Source of the DNA: Felis catus
Lineage: Eukaryota
NCBI RefSeq assembly: GCF_018350175.1
Contig: NC_058368.1
Location: 60,018,001 to 60,082,000, forward strand
Direction: 5' to 3'
DNA length: 64,000 bases
The number at the start of each line of letters is the position of its first letter. Position 1 is the first letter of the stretch. This document shows positions 1 to 13,443 of the stretch, piece by piece. The position numbers and the translations under genes were made by a program. The notes beneath the pieces were generated by a model, which saw only the letters and a program-made list of their open reading frames with translations, was not told where the DNA came from and made no database searches.

Positions 1-1735
1 TTGAGGCAATTTTTGCCTTCTTTATGAAGCAGACCTTGAAAATCTCAGTTAGAAATGCTGTTTTCTAACTTTTTAACTCCAACAAAACTTTGTATCACCA
101 CATGTCCCTATATTTTATTAAGGTCATTTATATTTATTCCCTTCCCATGTCACAAATCCCATGAGGATTAAATCCATAATTTCCACCTCCCTTTTAGCCC
201 TCCATCCCTGTATTTAATTATTCTAAGCACACAAACATGTCCTGAAAAATTATATATAAGGTATATATATATATCCGTGTTTAAAATGTAGGGAAAGAGG
301 TGATTTTATATTGAAAATAATATAGGAGTCAGAGGTCATGAAAAGCGATGGCATTTTTGAGTGTAATCTTTGACAAGTTAAAGAATATGGGAAAGGCACT
401 AAACTTCAGAGCCTCAACCCCTTCTAGAAAAGACAGAAAATAAATTTCTTTTTTAACTTTTTTTCAGAAAATAAATTTATATTAAATGTTGATATTTTCT
501 GAAATAAAATTGTCAGAAATTGGCCTATAACATTTATATTGACAAAGCGCCCGTGAAAATACTTTTAGGGACCCAAGAGTATCTTGAATCCTTTATTCTG
601 CTGAAATAAATTAACCAAAAATAATATGCTTTTAGGGTATTTTTGATGTGAAACATCCAACAATTCTCATGTCAGGAGGAGACTGAAAGAAGAATCAATA
701 GGCATACATTAATTTGTACCAACATTTATCATACGCTCCTTTACATGAGTTTCTCTAATTAGAAACATATAGTTCCAGAAAGCATATTGGTGGACGTTGG
801 TGTTTGATGATTTTCAAAAGATACAAAAGACACAATTTAGTAAATCTAACCCCTAGCATTCAAAGTCAAATAGAAAATCAGGGTAAAAGTAAAACAGAAA
901 TCACAAAAATGTACTTAAGAACGTAAAGGACACAGTATTTTATTTTGTTGTGCAGATCATGCTATTAAATTCGGTTTTCTTGAAGCATTCAACTTTTCCC
1001 ATCCTTATATTTGTAAAATGCATCCCTCTCCAATTGTGTTTATAAAAACTGGTAGCAATGTGCTTGTACTACACTGATAACAGACACTCTTTGTGCTACG
1101 TTGATCTTTGCATTAAGTACCAATGCAGTTCATTTATATAAATGTGCTTCAAGGACCACTGATTCCCTTTACACACCCCATAAATGTCAAACCTTCCTTT
1201 GCTAGCAGAGGTGATGTTTTTATGCAGTGTCACTTCCATCCGCCCCATGGGGTAACTGATGCCTTTACTCCACAGCAGATACCCATTACAATTACTGTTG
1301 CCTAAGACAGTTGGTCCACTGCTGTTTCTCCACATTCCACTGCTGTGTCCTGTTGTGTGAAGTTGTGTCTCAGTGAGTGCCCGCAGCATTTCTCCCGCAT
1401 GTGTGCACCGGTGATTTTCCCTCCTCACCTCACCAGATCGCAGCTGTCATCCCGCTGTCATCTGTCTTCTGTGGATGTCTTCCCCAGTAGTGCTGTGTGA
1501 CACCAGGCATCGCCTCATTGCTTAGGATTTGGCTGAGATCCAGGAACTTGAATTTGGCAGTCCTTATGAATGAAAGCTTTTGCCAATGCACTTACTCATT
1601 GTAAGTATATTGAACTTTTACATGCAGGTCAGAGACAAATTTTATCCATGCCTGCATAAATGACTGCAAAGAAATTTAGTAAATTTACGGAGAATTTCAA
1701 CGTTAATTTAGACTGAGTAGGAAAATAAAGGAGCC

Positions 1736-2102
1736 TGTATTTGTCAGTGTTCTCCAGAGAAACAGAACCAATTAGTTCTATAAATAGTACCAATAAGGCA
1801 TCATATATATGATTCATATTAAGAAATTGCCTTACATGATTATGGAGGCAAGCAAGTACAAATCTGTAGTGTGAGCCAGCAGGTTTGAGATCCAAGAGAG
1901 TGGATGGTGCAAGATGAAGTCTGAAGGTAGCTTTCTAGAAAATTCCTTCTTGCTCGGGAGGCTTTTTGTTCTATTTAGGCCTTCAACTGATTGGATGAGG
2001 CCAACTCACATCATGGAAGCAATCTCTACTCGAAGTTCACTGACTTAAATGTTAATCTCAACCCCAAATTCCCTCCAGGTTGACATAACATTAGCCATCA
2101 CA
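1736..2102 (-). mobile_element. Solo LTR, ERVL MLT2 family
   Basis: TG...CA ends; the reverse complement starts TGTGATGGCTAATGTTATGTCAAC, like MLT2; 5-bp TSD GAGCC (1731-1735) / GAGTC (2103-2107). Confidence 0.85.
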
Positions 2103-2987
2103 GAGTCTATATCACATTATATTAATTTGGCTTTAAAAATTCTCTCACTTTTGGTGAACCAGTTTACTAACTATGTAAAGTAATTAGCTTTTCCAAGATG
2201 GTTATTTATATTGCTTTCGATTTCAAAATCGCTATATATAACTGATCAGAGGCTTTGATTTAACCAGTACCATTTATAAGTGATATAATTAATGCTGAGG
2301 TTAGCAAACATAGTATTAAGATGTCCTTTTACACAAAGATTTTTCTGCTTTGATGTTAACTGAAGAACCAATAAGTTAACAAAATACATTAGTATTAATA
2401 TACATTTAAACAAAATTTTGGGATTTAATCAATATTAGAGATGTGATCAAAGAAAAGGAATAAACATCTTATCAGGCTTCCATCTAATTTAGGTTTATAT
2501 TAAAATGCATGTAAATTTATGAAAGTTTCCCCCAGAAATCAAAAATAAAGATCTGCAAAATGACAGAGCTCAGCTGAACTGAATGCATAAATTATAAATT
2601 ATGTTGTGGTTTGAAGTAAGGGCTATTGCATTCAATGAAACAGATTTTGATGAGCAAAGAAACACAAAGGGAAAGTTCCAAGAAATAAGAACAGTAAAGA
2701 AAAACTGAAAACAGATGGACATAAAAATTGTGTATCTCTACAAATTCAAAAATATTTCTTGGGCACTTACAATGTGAAATATATCTTCAGGGTTGAACAA
2801 AAAACACTCATATTTTCAAAAGTGGGAAACATAAACACATGCATCAAATATTATAAAACAGGAATGTAATGAAAATACTTTGGGACATAAAGAAAAAAAC
2901 ATTTAAGAAAGGTATATTTTAGACATATGCTTATATAATTCTAATAGTTTATTATTCAATGACTTTGTTGAGGGGAGTTTTTTGTAG

Positions 2988-3215
2988 TTTTTTTTAAATT
3001 TATTTTTTAGTGTTTTTTATGTTTTTATTTTATTTTTGAGAGAGAAACAGAGTGTAGGGGAGGGGCAGAGAGAAAGGGAGACACAGAACCTGAAGCAGGC
3101 TCCAGGCTCTGAGCTGTTGGCACAGAGCCAATGTGGGGCTCCATCTCACGGACTATGAAATCATGATCTGAAGCTGAAGTCGACCACTTAACCAACTGAG
3201 CCACCCAGGCACCCC
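2988..3215 (-). mobile_element. SINEC (felid tRNA-derived SINE)
   Basis: Reverse complement of the GGGGTGCCTGGGTGGCTCAG head, (GA)n tract and T-rich tail. Confidence 0.95.
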
Positions 3216-4573
3216 TGTTTATTTCTTTTAATACACATTTACACTCTGGTTACATAGTCTTCCTAAATAATAAATGTATTTATTCAGATTGCATGTGGTC
3301 ACACACATATATGCACACAGTTCATGTTAGGATTCAGGTAGTAAGCCTTCCCTTTAAGACAGGAAATTTTATTATACTTCATATGACTTGTGGGGACAAA
3401 AAGCTGAGTTAAGGAAAATGCTGCTATTTGTCATATGGATGTTCCAGGGGACCCATGAAGCATCAAGCACTGCTTATTTCTTCTTGCATAAGACAGAAGA
3501 TACAGAAATATGCATGACATACTGAAAAGTCAGTTGTGCAAGAGAGAAGTGTCTTACATTCCGCCTAATTTTCTCTGATCTTCTAGTGATGACATTCATT
3601 TGGTACCAAGGTTACAAATTGCTCTTCTGCACCCAGATACCAAGGTGTGTGAATTTTGTCCCTCCAAACAGTCGAGGCCATCTGAGGAAATTTACAAGTA
3701 GAACTGATCCTTCAGTCACTCAACATATTTATAGATATGTCAGTTCTGCTCAAAGCAGAGCATGCCAAGATAGTAACTCTTCACAGATTCTGTAAGACTT
3801 GCAAAGAGGCTTATGGGAACCACCTTTTAATTAGCAGACAGAGTTTGCTCCTCTTTGGGACACATTAACCCTAACCAACACACCAAGATTCTGAAATCTG
3901 TCAGCGGAGAAATACTGGCAATCATTCATTTTGCTTCTTTCCACTGAAACCTTTCCCAAAAGATAATGATTTCTCAGTTAAAACACAAGGAGGAAATGAT
4001 TTTGAAATTCCATTTGACAGCATTTTGTAAATTGGAACCCCAAATTCTTCGTATCACCTTTCTGTTTAGATTACTCCATTACACTACTTAAAAATAACAT
4101 AAATTTATTGTTTTTGAATGCCTGCATTGCCCAGACAAATTTTATAACTTTATATATTTTATTAAAGAAATATGTGGATTTTCTCCATATTTAGCTTAAT
4201 AGAACTTGAATCAAACTGAAATGTTGTATCTTATTTCAATTAAATATGCATCAAATTTACACAATGCACTCTTGCAGATTTTTCTCTACTAAAGGATTTT
4301 GATGATATTTTGTGAATCTATTGCCGAATATGTAGACTTAACAAATCAAGTCAGTGGATACAAAATTAAAAGACTCTTTTGTTTAACAACCTTGCACTTG
4401 TTCATTATGTAATGTAACCCTATAGTTTTGTTTTATGGTGTTTTTATTTATTTTGTTTTATGCAGATTTTATTTTTAAAAAGGGTATTTTGGATCTTTTA
4501 GTAGTATTCTATTTTATTTTGATTATATACATGGGATGTGGCTCCTTTTTGTGTCTTAAGGGTAAAACCATTT

Positions 4574-4798
4574 TTTTCTAATTTTTTTTTCCTTTTTTTT
4601 TTAACGTTTATTCATATTTGAGAGACAGAGAGAGACAGCATGAGTGGGGGAGGGGCAGTGAGAGGGAGACACAGAATCTGAAACAGGCTCCAGGCTCTGA
4701 GCTGTTAGCCCCCCGACGTGGGGCTCGAACTCACAAGCTGTGAGATCATGATCTGAGCCAAAGTCGGATGCTTAACCGACTGAGCCACCTAGGCACCC
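4574..4798 (-). mobile_element. SINEC
   Basis: Full SINE body; perfect TSD TAAGGGTAAAACCATTT at 4557-4573 and 4799-4815. Confidence 0.96.
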
Positions 4799-6249
4799 TA
4801 AGGGTAAAACCATTTAATTTTAAGCCAGTCAAGTTATGATGCTACTGGTATGACTTACTTAAAACTATAAATGATATATTTGATTCCTGTATCTTTCTCC
4901 TTTTCTTCCTCTAGAAAGATTTAGTTGAGATAACATTTAATTTTCACTGACCTGTAAAAAATATTATTGAAGTATATAACATTAACATTTCAGTTTAATA
5001 TTACAGTTATGAAAATATTTCTTAATGTATGAAATTCTGTTGAATAAGTATAATAGACTTGGAGAAATTACAGAATGTTAATCAAAAATAAATATCTGAT
5101 ATTTTTAAATGTTAAACTTTTTAGAATATATGCCCCTTTTAAGCTCATTGTCTGAATATTGATAGTTTAACCACTTACATTTACTTAACTAATTACTATT
5201 AATAAGTAATATGCTCATTTTTTCTAATATTTGTGTAACAAGGAAGATGTAGAGAAGCAAAAATGACCATTCATTATCACAATTGAGAAAGATAAGAGCC
5301 AGAGGGTCTGAGAAAATGCACACTATGCAATCTCTATAGTACCAGTAAATGGGTGAAAATAGTCTTTAACATATTATCTTGGTAGCGAACTGACATCTGG
5401 ATTCAGGTGCAGAATGGGAGCCCCCTGCTTCTCTACATTAGTGCACTAAATTAGCAATCAACTACTTCATTGTGGAATCCAGTGCTGTTTCCAAACAGAG
5501 AATGCCAGCATCCGATGTCAGGGTTGCTAAGTGCCTGATTACACTAAGACAATGAAGGGCTGCCAAAGCTTTCCTTTCGTCTAGCTTTTACACTAAAGCC
5601 AAGAGACATTTGGTATGCAGAACAGAACGTAGTCAAATATGGGTAATTGAAAGATTTAAATTAGGTTGTTTCTGTGTGATCCCCTTTTTCTTACAATCAC
5701 ATCCTTCTACTTTCCCTGGCCGTGGAAAGGGTGTGTTTGGATCTACGTTTCTTTTTTTAAGGAAATGATGTAAAGATCTACTAAAACAATCAATTGTTTA
5801 TATTTGTTCTGTCTTCATCCATCCTAATGTGGTTTTAAGATTTGTGCACATTCAGTTTTATTTAACGTAATTGTTATAATCTCTAGGCATCCCTTGTTGT
5901 AATTAAGGGCTTAACAATCAGTTTCCCAAAATTATATTGGATGTTCCCAGTAAAATTTACACAGAGGCATTTTCTCTGCCTTGACTTCACACACACGGTA
6001 ACACAGTTCTCATCCTGTACCAGGTCTTGGTGTTAGTTTTAGCCCCAGGCTCCCTGAAAATAGACAAGTTGATTAATAATAAAATGAAGGTTATTCACTT
6101 CCAAAATTATCTGACATGCCTGTAATATTTGATCACTGAACAAAACAATCCTCCATTGTCCCCTAACTTACTTAGAGCTCTGTTTCCTCAAATGGTTTCA
6201 TTAGTGTTCCACCTTAAATTCTACACCTAGCCAATGTAATATCCACACG

Positions 6250-7520
6250 AATGCTTCAGGATCTCACATTTATACACATTTATATGATCAGTCCAGACTT
6301 AAGTCTCTTATACATCCAACTTCATGCTGCCATGTCTATCTGAAATATTGTGGTTATTGGTCCAATCAAAGGGGCTACTACAGAGTTCTCTGTTCTGGTA
6401 ATGGCATTACAAAGTAGAAATTTGTCAATTAATTATTTTGCTTCTTTCCTCTTCCTGCAATATCTTACATGCTTTCAGACCCCAGGCGTATCTTGCACTC
6501 TGTTTCATCTTACTCCAGTCTTGTCACATTAAAGATATGTGGGATGCTTTCTTGTTCCCTTAAACAATTCTCCATCAACTATAGGAGAAAGATAAAACTC
6601 CTGTAAAAAGACATTGAAACCCTTCATGATTTAGGCCCTACTCATATTACAAAACTCATCTTTTATCCTCCCCTACCTGAGGATCCTATCTTCCCCTACC
6701 CTATATACTTTATGAACCAGCACACTAGATTTTATATAGTTTCCTGATAAACCAGGTTCTTTTGTTCAACATTAGTCATTTATATTTTGTGTCAGAAAAT
6801 ACTCATTAGCCCCTATACTTCCCAGCTTCACTGGGCTTTTGCTTAGTCTCTGTTTTCCAGAAGATGCTCCCCCACATCATTCCAGCTGGCTAATATATAT
6901 CATTATTTAATTCTTTCTAAATGTTGTGATGGTTAATTTTATGTGTCAACTTGAATAGTTCAAAGGGTGCCCAAGTTACACATTATTTCTGGATGTATGC
7001 TTTAGGGTGTTTCTGAATGAGATTAGCATTTGAATAAGTGGAATTAGTAAAGTACAAGTCTTCTCCAATGTGAGTGGGTATTAGGCAATCCACTGAGTGC
7101 CTGAATACAGCAAAAGGTGGAGGAAGGAGGAATTTGCTTCCTCTTACTTCCTGCCTACCTACTTGATGCTACATGGGTCTTCTCCAGCCCTTACACTTTG
7201 ATTTACACTCTTGGCATCCCTGGGACTCAGGCCTTCAAACCTGGACTGTAATGACCCCAAGGGCTTTCCTGGATCTCCAGCCTGAAGACAGGAGATCATG
7301 GAAATTCTCAATGGCCTCATTATGTGAGTCAATTCCTCATAAAAATATTGATCTGTTTCTCTGAAAAACTTTGACTGATAGAAATGTTACATCATTTAGA
7401 AATTTAGCCTAAATCACCGCACAAGTTTCAAGTGTCTCACATTTTGACTTTCTTACAGATCTGCAACTGTCTGTAACTCTGTAAATTGACTAACTCACTT
7501 GTGTCTCTTTCTTGGTTGTA
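6250..7520 (+). mobile_element. Degraded L2 3' region, interrupted by an MLT2 LTR
   Basis: Resembles L2 3' sequence on both sides of the LTR; boundaries are approximate. Confidence 0.5.
6925..7382 (+). mobile_element. Solo LTR, MLT2 (MLT2B-like)
   Basis: Starts TGTGATGGTTAATTTTATGTGTCAACTTG; perfect TSD AATGT at 6920-6924 and 7383-7387. Confidence 0.9.
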
Positions 7521-8234
7521 GAAGGAACCAGATGCAACAATTTATCCTTCACCTTAAAAGGAGTATTTCGACATGCCCCACACATAAATAAAAATAATGA
7601 TTAATTTTTTATTAAGATTCAGTTAATTTTTGAAAACCTTTTCAAATATATACATAGAAAATAATTCAAATTGAATATATCTCACAGGCTTGGAAAGTTT
7701 AGAATCTGCATTGAAAGGAAAACAAAAGCTGATGAATTAAAAATTTTGTGCTATACACTGAGAAAAAACACTACGAGTTTAAATGAAGCAATTCTGAGAT
7801 GTTAGTCATTATCAGACAGAAGTTATGGCTTAAACAAGAAGAAAAGTGTGTCTGTATCAGTGGGGCACATTATCTTGCTTGAAGACTCCCAGAAGCCATC
7901 TTTCAAAGGTAACTTGAAAAAGACAGAAACCAGAGTTAAGTGTTGTGACATAAGAGTGTTGGGAATTACAAAGTGGAGGTGACATTCGGGTCTAGAATTC
8001 CAGTTAGAGCATTAACCCCGCTTTGTGTGTGTAGGATACTGTTTGAATTCAGGTGCCCCAGGGATATCCAGCATTTACCTTTTTGTTGGTAGAAAATATT
8101 TTGTCATTTTTTAAACATTTTTTTATTTGTACCTTATCTTAGGACCTATATGAAATATACATGTAAGACAATGTCTATTCCTTGTCTGAAAATGTATGAG
8201 CTAAAACTACTTATGCTAACATTTCCCATGATGG

Positions 8235-8460
8235 CAGTGACTACAGTTTGGAGTCATGGCAAATTGGGTTTCAGTCCTGGCTGTGTCACTTACTAATTGT
8301 GTGATTATTAGAAAGATTTTAACTTTTCTAGTCCTCAATTACCTCGTTGAAAAGCACAGGCAATAATAATACCTACCTCAGCAATTATGAGGATGAAACA
8401 AGATGATAGACACCTGGAAGTAATTACATGCCCAATACATCTGTTTATTATCAATGTCAG
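8235..8460 (+). mobile_element. MIR SINE
   Basis: MIR-like core: GGAGTCA..TGGGTTTCAGTCCTGGCTGTGTCACTTACTAATTGTGTGA..CCTCAATT..ATAATACCTACCTCA. Confidence 0.8.
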
Positions 8461-9618
8461 GTGTCTAACATCTGTAATGTTGCCTCCAATATCTCCTTCC
8501 TAAGGTTAAAAGTCTCACTATGTTTTTATTGTTGTAATTTTTAAATGATTTAAGTCTATTGTTCTGGAATTTATATAAATGAAGAAGGAGATATAGTTCC
8601 AGCAGAATGTCTTATATTGTGAATGTGCACGTTTTAGCATATACAAACATTATTCATTCTTATTTTTATATCTAAATATTGCTTTAAAAAGAGATGAAAT
8701 AATATAGAATCCTGCATAATAAGAAAACAAAAATAGTTTGATATAAAAATAGTGTGCTATTAATTTAGGGCAGTGACAGGAACAAGCTCACAAGGACAAT
8801 GACAGGAGTGAAATGGTATATTTTTTGAAAAGTATATGGTATGGAAAAGTGAAATGGCATATTGTTTGAAAAGTCTGAAGAAATTATCCAATATATAGAA
8901 ATGAGAACATTGATCATGTAGAATTTTAAGCCATAACACCACTTTTATATATGTTATCCAATATTTACCTTCAAATGTTTATCTTAAAATATTGTCTCTT
9001 TCTAGTTAGGTTAATCTTTTTCCCTTCTTTCCTAATGAACATAGATGACAACATCAGCCTAACTGGAGATAGAATTCGGTTATGACTCTATAAAACTGCT
9101 TATTCTTCTGCCCTTTCTTAAAATGTTTAACCACATTTTATTACAAATATTATTATACAAAGCAGGTTAATACTTAATCTCTTTTTGTAAAGCATCCAAT
9201 ATTAGTTTTAAAATCCAATACTATGAAGAATATGTGGAATACATTTTGTGAACTTCAGTCATTCAATGAGCATTAGTTGGACACACAATATTCCAGATCC
9301 CTGGAAATACGCTTTTGAAAAACACAAATGTTGTTTCTGTCTCCATGGACCTTATGTATTTGTACACTTTGAGATATTAAGTGAACAGATCCAGGCAATA
9401 TCTTTTCCCCAGACTCTGCTCCTTTCGAACACTCTAAATTTTAAAATGAACAGATAACAATCCTTAATTAAAATAATTGGAATAAATAAACAAGAGCATT
9501 TACAAAGGAAATGTGAGTCACACTGAATAAATTATGACTGAGACATACATCTTTGGTTAGTACTAGACGTCAACTACATGCAGCACAGTAAGATACGGCA
9601 GAAAGTAGGTTGTAACAT

Positions 9619-9679
9619 AATTTACAAATGACTAAAACTTTCCTAAAATTTACAAATGACTTAAAATTTCCTAAAATTT
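9619..9679. repeat. 28-bp tandem duplication (2 copies)
   Basis: AATTTACAAATGACTAAAACTTTCCTAA followed by AATTTACAAATGACTTAAAATTTCCTAA. Confidence 0.9.
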
Positions 9680-9729
9680 GGAAATTTAAGGTATTTTGAC
9701 ATGTTAATTATGAAGCTTCTGCTTACATA

Positions 9730-10215
9730 AGAGACAGAGATTGAGAATGAGAGAGAGAGAATGGGAGAGATATTTAAAGTAAGGAATTGGCTTCTCCAAG
9801 ATGTGCAGTTGGCAAGCTGCAGACCTAGAAGAATGAACAGTGTAGTTCTAATCTGAGTCCAAAAGCATGAGAACAGATGGTGTAAATTCCAGTCTTAGTC
9901 CAAGGCCTGAGAACCATGAGAGCTGATGATGTGAGTCCAGTCTGAGTCCAAGTGTGAAGGTAGATTCAGACTGATGTTCCAGGCTGAAGATAGCCAGGAA
10001 GAGAAAGAGAACTCTTTCTTACTCAGCCTTTTATTCAGTTCAGGTCTTTAGTGGATTGGACGTGGCCCAACACCATTGGGAAAGGCAATCTTCTTTACTC
10101 AGTCTACCAATTCTCATCTAGAGTCACCATCACAGATATACCCAGAAATAATATTAAGCTAAATGTCTGGCACACTGTGGCCCAGTCGAACAGATACATA
10201 AAATCATTGATCACA
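9730..10215 (-). mobile_element. MLT2-family LTR (partial)
   Basis: Repeated CCAGTCTGAGTCCAA units, then GATTGGACGTGGCCCA, ending ...CCCAGTCGAACAGATACATAAAATCATTGATCACA. Confidence 0.8.
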
Positions 10216-10423
10216 GTATCATAGAAGAGAGAAGCAACAAAATGATTGAGTGCATTCATGTGAGTCACATTGTCTGGTTTCATATATGGATCTCAAACTA
10301 TGTAGTTATATGACTTTATTAACACTTGGAGGTTAAAAGAGGAAGAGGTTTACAATGATATTTACTTATACTTGGTGTTTAAAACAAACATATATATTTA
10401 TTTAAATAATATAATAAAATGGA

Positions 10424-10630
10424 GGGGCGCCTGGGTGGCTCAGTTGGTTAAGCGGCCAACTTCGGCTCAGGTCATGATCTCTCAGTCAGTGAATTCAAGC
10501 CCCGGGTCGGGCTCTGTGCTGACAGCTCAGAGCCCGGAGTCTGTTTCAGATTCTGTGTCTCCCTCTCTCTGACCCTCCCCCGTTCTCTCTGTCTCAAAAA
10601 TAAGTAAACGTTAAAAATTTTTTTTAAAAA
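10424..10630 (+). mobile_element. SINEC
   Basis: Head GGGGCGCCTGGGTGGCTCAG; TSD ATAATAAAATGGA on both sides. Confidence 0.96.
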
Positions 10631-10709
10631 AATAATAAAATGGATACATTTTAAATTTAGAAATAGTTTTTTTCATTATTTCATAATTAAAACTCTATAA
10701 CTAATTTAC

Positions 10710-13240
10710 ACTTCTAGTCATGAGACTGTAATAACAATCAGACTAGACATTTCAAACTAGACAAATAACTGAAGGAAAAAGCACAAAATAAATGTTTTTA
10801 GATGTTGGACAGCCTACAGTTCAGGACCATGATCTATGAGTAAGGATGCTAAATAAGATAAGCTTCACGATTATGCCAACTTTCTGCCTTGAGGCATTTT
10901 CTAAACCACAGTATGTATGTGAGGACAGTTGCAACATATAGAACATGCTGCCTTGTTAGGATGAGATCAGAGTGAGAAATTACACAGATACCTAAACATT
11001 TTAGAATGAAATGCTGGTGATAAGGCAACTAGGCAGGGAAAAAGATCTGTAGATCTTGAGTTTTGGGCTAGATCTCATGCATGCCTACTCTTTGCATGAG
11101 TCCAGAAAAAGAACAACTATTGGGAACAAAACAACTACTGGCATAAGAACAAGTATCCAAGGACTGTGAGATGAGTATCCCTGGAACTCCTAGAAGACAA
11201 TTGTGTTGAAAACAATCATAATGGAAGGGCACACTGAGCATTCAGCAATCAGCAGGGGACCCCGAATTCAGTAGAGACCACAGAGACCCCTTCCCATAGT
11301 GTTGGGACTAAACTAGGCTAGAAGCAAACTCTACATACAAGTGAATACTACATACCTAACACAATCTAAAATAGTCTTCAAAAAGGTCAAGATAATTGCC
11401 AAGTAAATTGATTTCCTGCCATGATAAAACTCCCAATCCAGTCCAGTGGTATACTATCCATAATGATTGGTGTACATCCAAAATTATATGCAAAGAAGCA
11501 AGGCTGTGTGATTCATAAAGATGAAATTTTTTCTTGATCAATAGCGCTACCCAGAAATCGCTGAAAAGATTGAAATAACAAGCAAGGACATTAAAGCAGT
11601 GGTTATAAAATAATAAAACCTATTAAAGAAAAGATGAACAGGATGTGAAACAAGGAATTTAGTGGTAAATGGAACTTTTAAAAAGTAATCAAATGGAAAA
11701 ATTTAAATTAAAATATGAAATCTGAAGGGGAAAAAGTCACTAGGCAGGATTACTAGTATGTTAGACAGTGTAAAAGGAAAGAGAGAACATGATGCCAAAG
11801 AAATAGAGATTATATCAAAGGAAGTACAGTGTGTAAAAGTTGTGGAACTGAATGAACAGAGCCTCATTGATTTGTGGGAAAAAATACAATTTTATATGAA
11901 ATTTTAGGTACATGCATGGAATTTTAGGCGCGGAATGTAGGTGGGCAGAACAAAGATTTTAAAAATTACTGAAAATGTTCCAGTTGTTTGAGAAGCATAA
12001 ACTTGCATAGTCAAGAAAATCAACAAGTCTCAAGTAAGAGAAACATAAAATGACTCATGGGAAAATCATAATCAAAAGGCTGACAATTGGTAATAAGGAT
12101 CACATCTTAAAAGCAGAGAAATGAAAATATGGATCATGGACAAGTTAAAAGTGACAAGAAAAGACTTATGTGAAACTGTGTAAGCCAGTAGACACAGAGA
12201 TAAAATCTTAAGTGACTGATGGAAAACAAAACAAAGCAGAACGAACAAAACAACAAACCTTGTCAACCTAGAAGTCTGTTCAAGTAAGAAAATCCTTAAA
12301 TTGAAAGCAAACTATGTAAATTTTCAAACAAGTAAGAACTGAGAGTATATATTGTTAGCAGACTAGGGCAATAAAACTGTTATAGAAAGTTCTTCAGGAT
12401 TTCACACAAAATTTGGACCTATATAGGGAAATAGAAAACATCAGAAATTGTAAATATACGAAAAATATATAAATATTATGTCCAGTTTCTTCATTCTTTC
12501 ATTATCTTCTCTGAAGATAATCCAATATGTAAATCAAACATTATGACAGAATATTGCAGTTTAAAATATATATAAAAGTAAAATGTGTGTTTTAAAGTAT
12601 AAAATACGATACAAAAATAACAATAATAAGTAAAGAGATTGGGAGAAGCTTTCGGAGGTGATAGATAAGTTTAGGCATAGATTATGGTGACAGTTTCATA
12701 GGTACATACTTCTCTCCAAGCGTCCAAGCTCATCAAGTTGTGCGCATTAAATATATGCATCTTTTTGAATGTCAATCATAACTCAATATAATGTTTTTAA
12801 ATAAATGTATGATAACACTATCACAAAAGATGGGAGATAGAAAAATAAAACTTTAAGATTCTTAAAACAAAACATGAATGATCTAGGGATGTGTGTAGCA
12901 ATATGGATTAACTTCAAAAAAGAATATGTTGAGTAAAAGAAAACAGACACAAAAGAGTGCACCCGATGACTTATTTATATGATGTTCCAGAAAAGGCAAA
13001 TCCAGGCAGTAGTGAAAACGATCAGAACAATGTTGAGAAAGAGAGTAGGGTCAGAGGGGATGATGATTTACTGGAAACATGCGCAAAGGAGGTGTGTGAG
13101 TGACAGACATATTCTATGTCTTGATAGGTGCATAGGGTACATGGATGTAAGCATTTGTAAACCCATATGCAGATCGCCATACTAAAGATCTGTGTGTGAC
13201 ACTGCATACAAATAATACTTCAATAAAAATAAATAATTTT
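10710..13240 (+). mobile_element. Ancient L1M remnants (5'UTR/ORF1-like, plus two 3' ends at about 12630-12805 and 12890-13240)
   Basis: A-rich decayed ORF1-like sequence; typical old-L1 3' ends (GGAGGTGATAGATAAGTTT..ATTAAATATATGCA; ATGTTGAGTAAAAGAAAACAGACACAAAAGAGT..CTTCAATAAAA). Confidence 0.65.
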
Positions 13241-13254
13241 AATAAGAAATAACT

Positions 13255-13443
13255 GTTTAAAATTTTTAAGTTTATTTATTTGTTTTGAGAGAGAGAGGGA
13301 GGGAGGAGGAGAGAGGCAGAGAGAGGTTACCAAGCAGGCTCCACACGCTGATCGCAGAGCCCTGACTTGGGACTTGAACTCACAAACTGTGAGATCACGA
13401 CCTGAGCCGAAATCAAGTGTTAGATGCTTAACTTAGGTGCCCC
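13255..13443 (-). mobile_element. SINEC (older subfamily, small 5' deletion)
   Basis: SINE body; TSD AGAAATAACT at 13245-13254 and 13444-13453. Confidence 0.92.

Noticed and set aside
10424..10500. tRNA genes at SINE heads
   Set aside because: The A/B-box head is tRNA-derived but continues into the SINE body, CT tract and A tail; it is not a tRNA gene.
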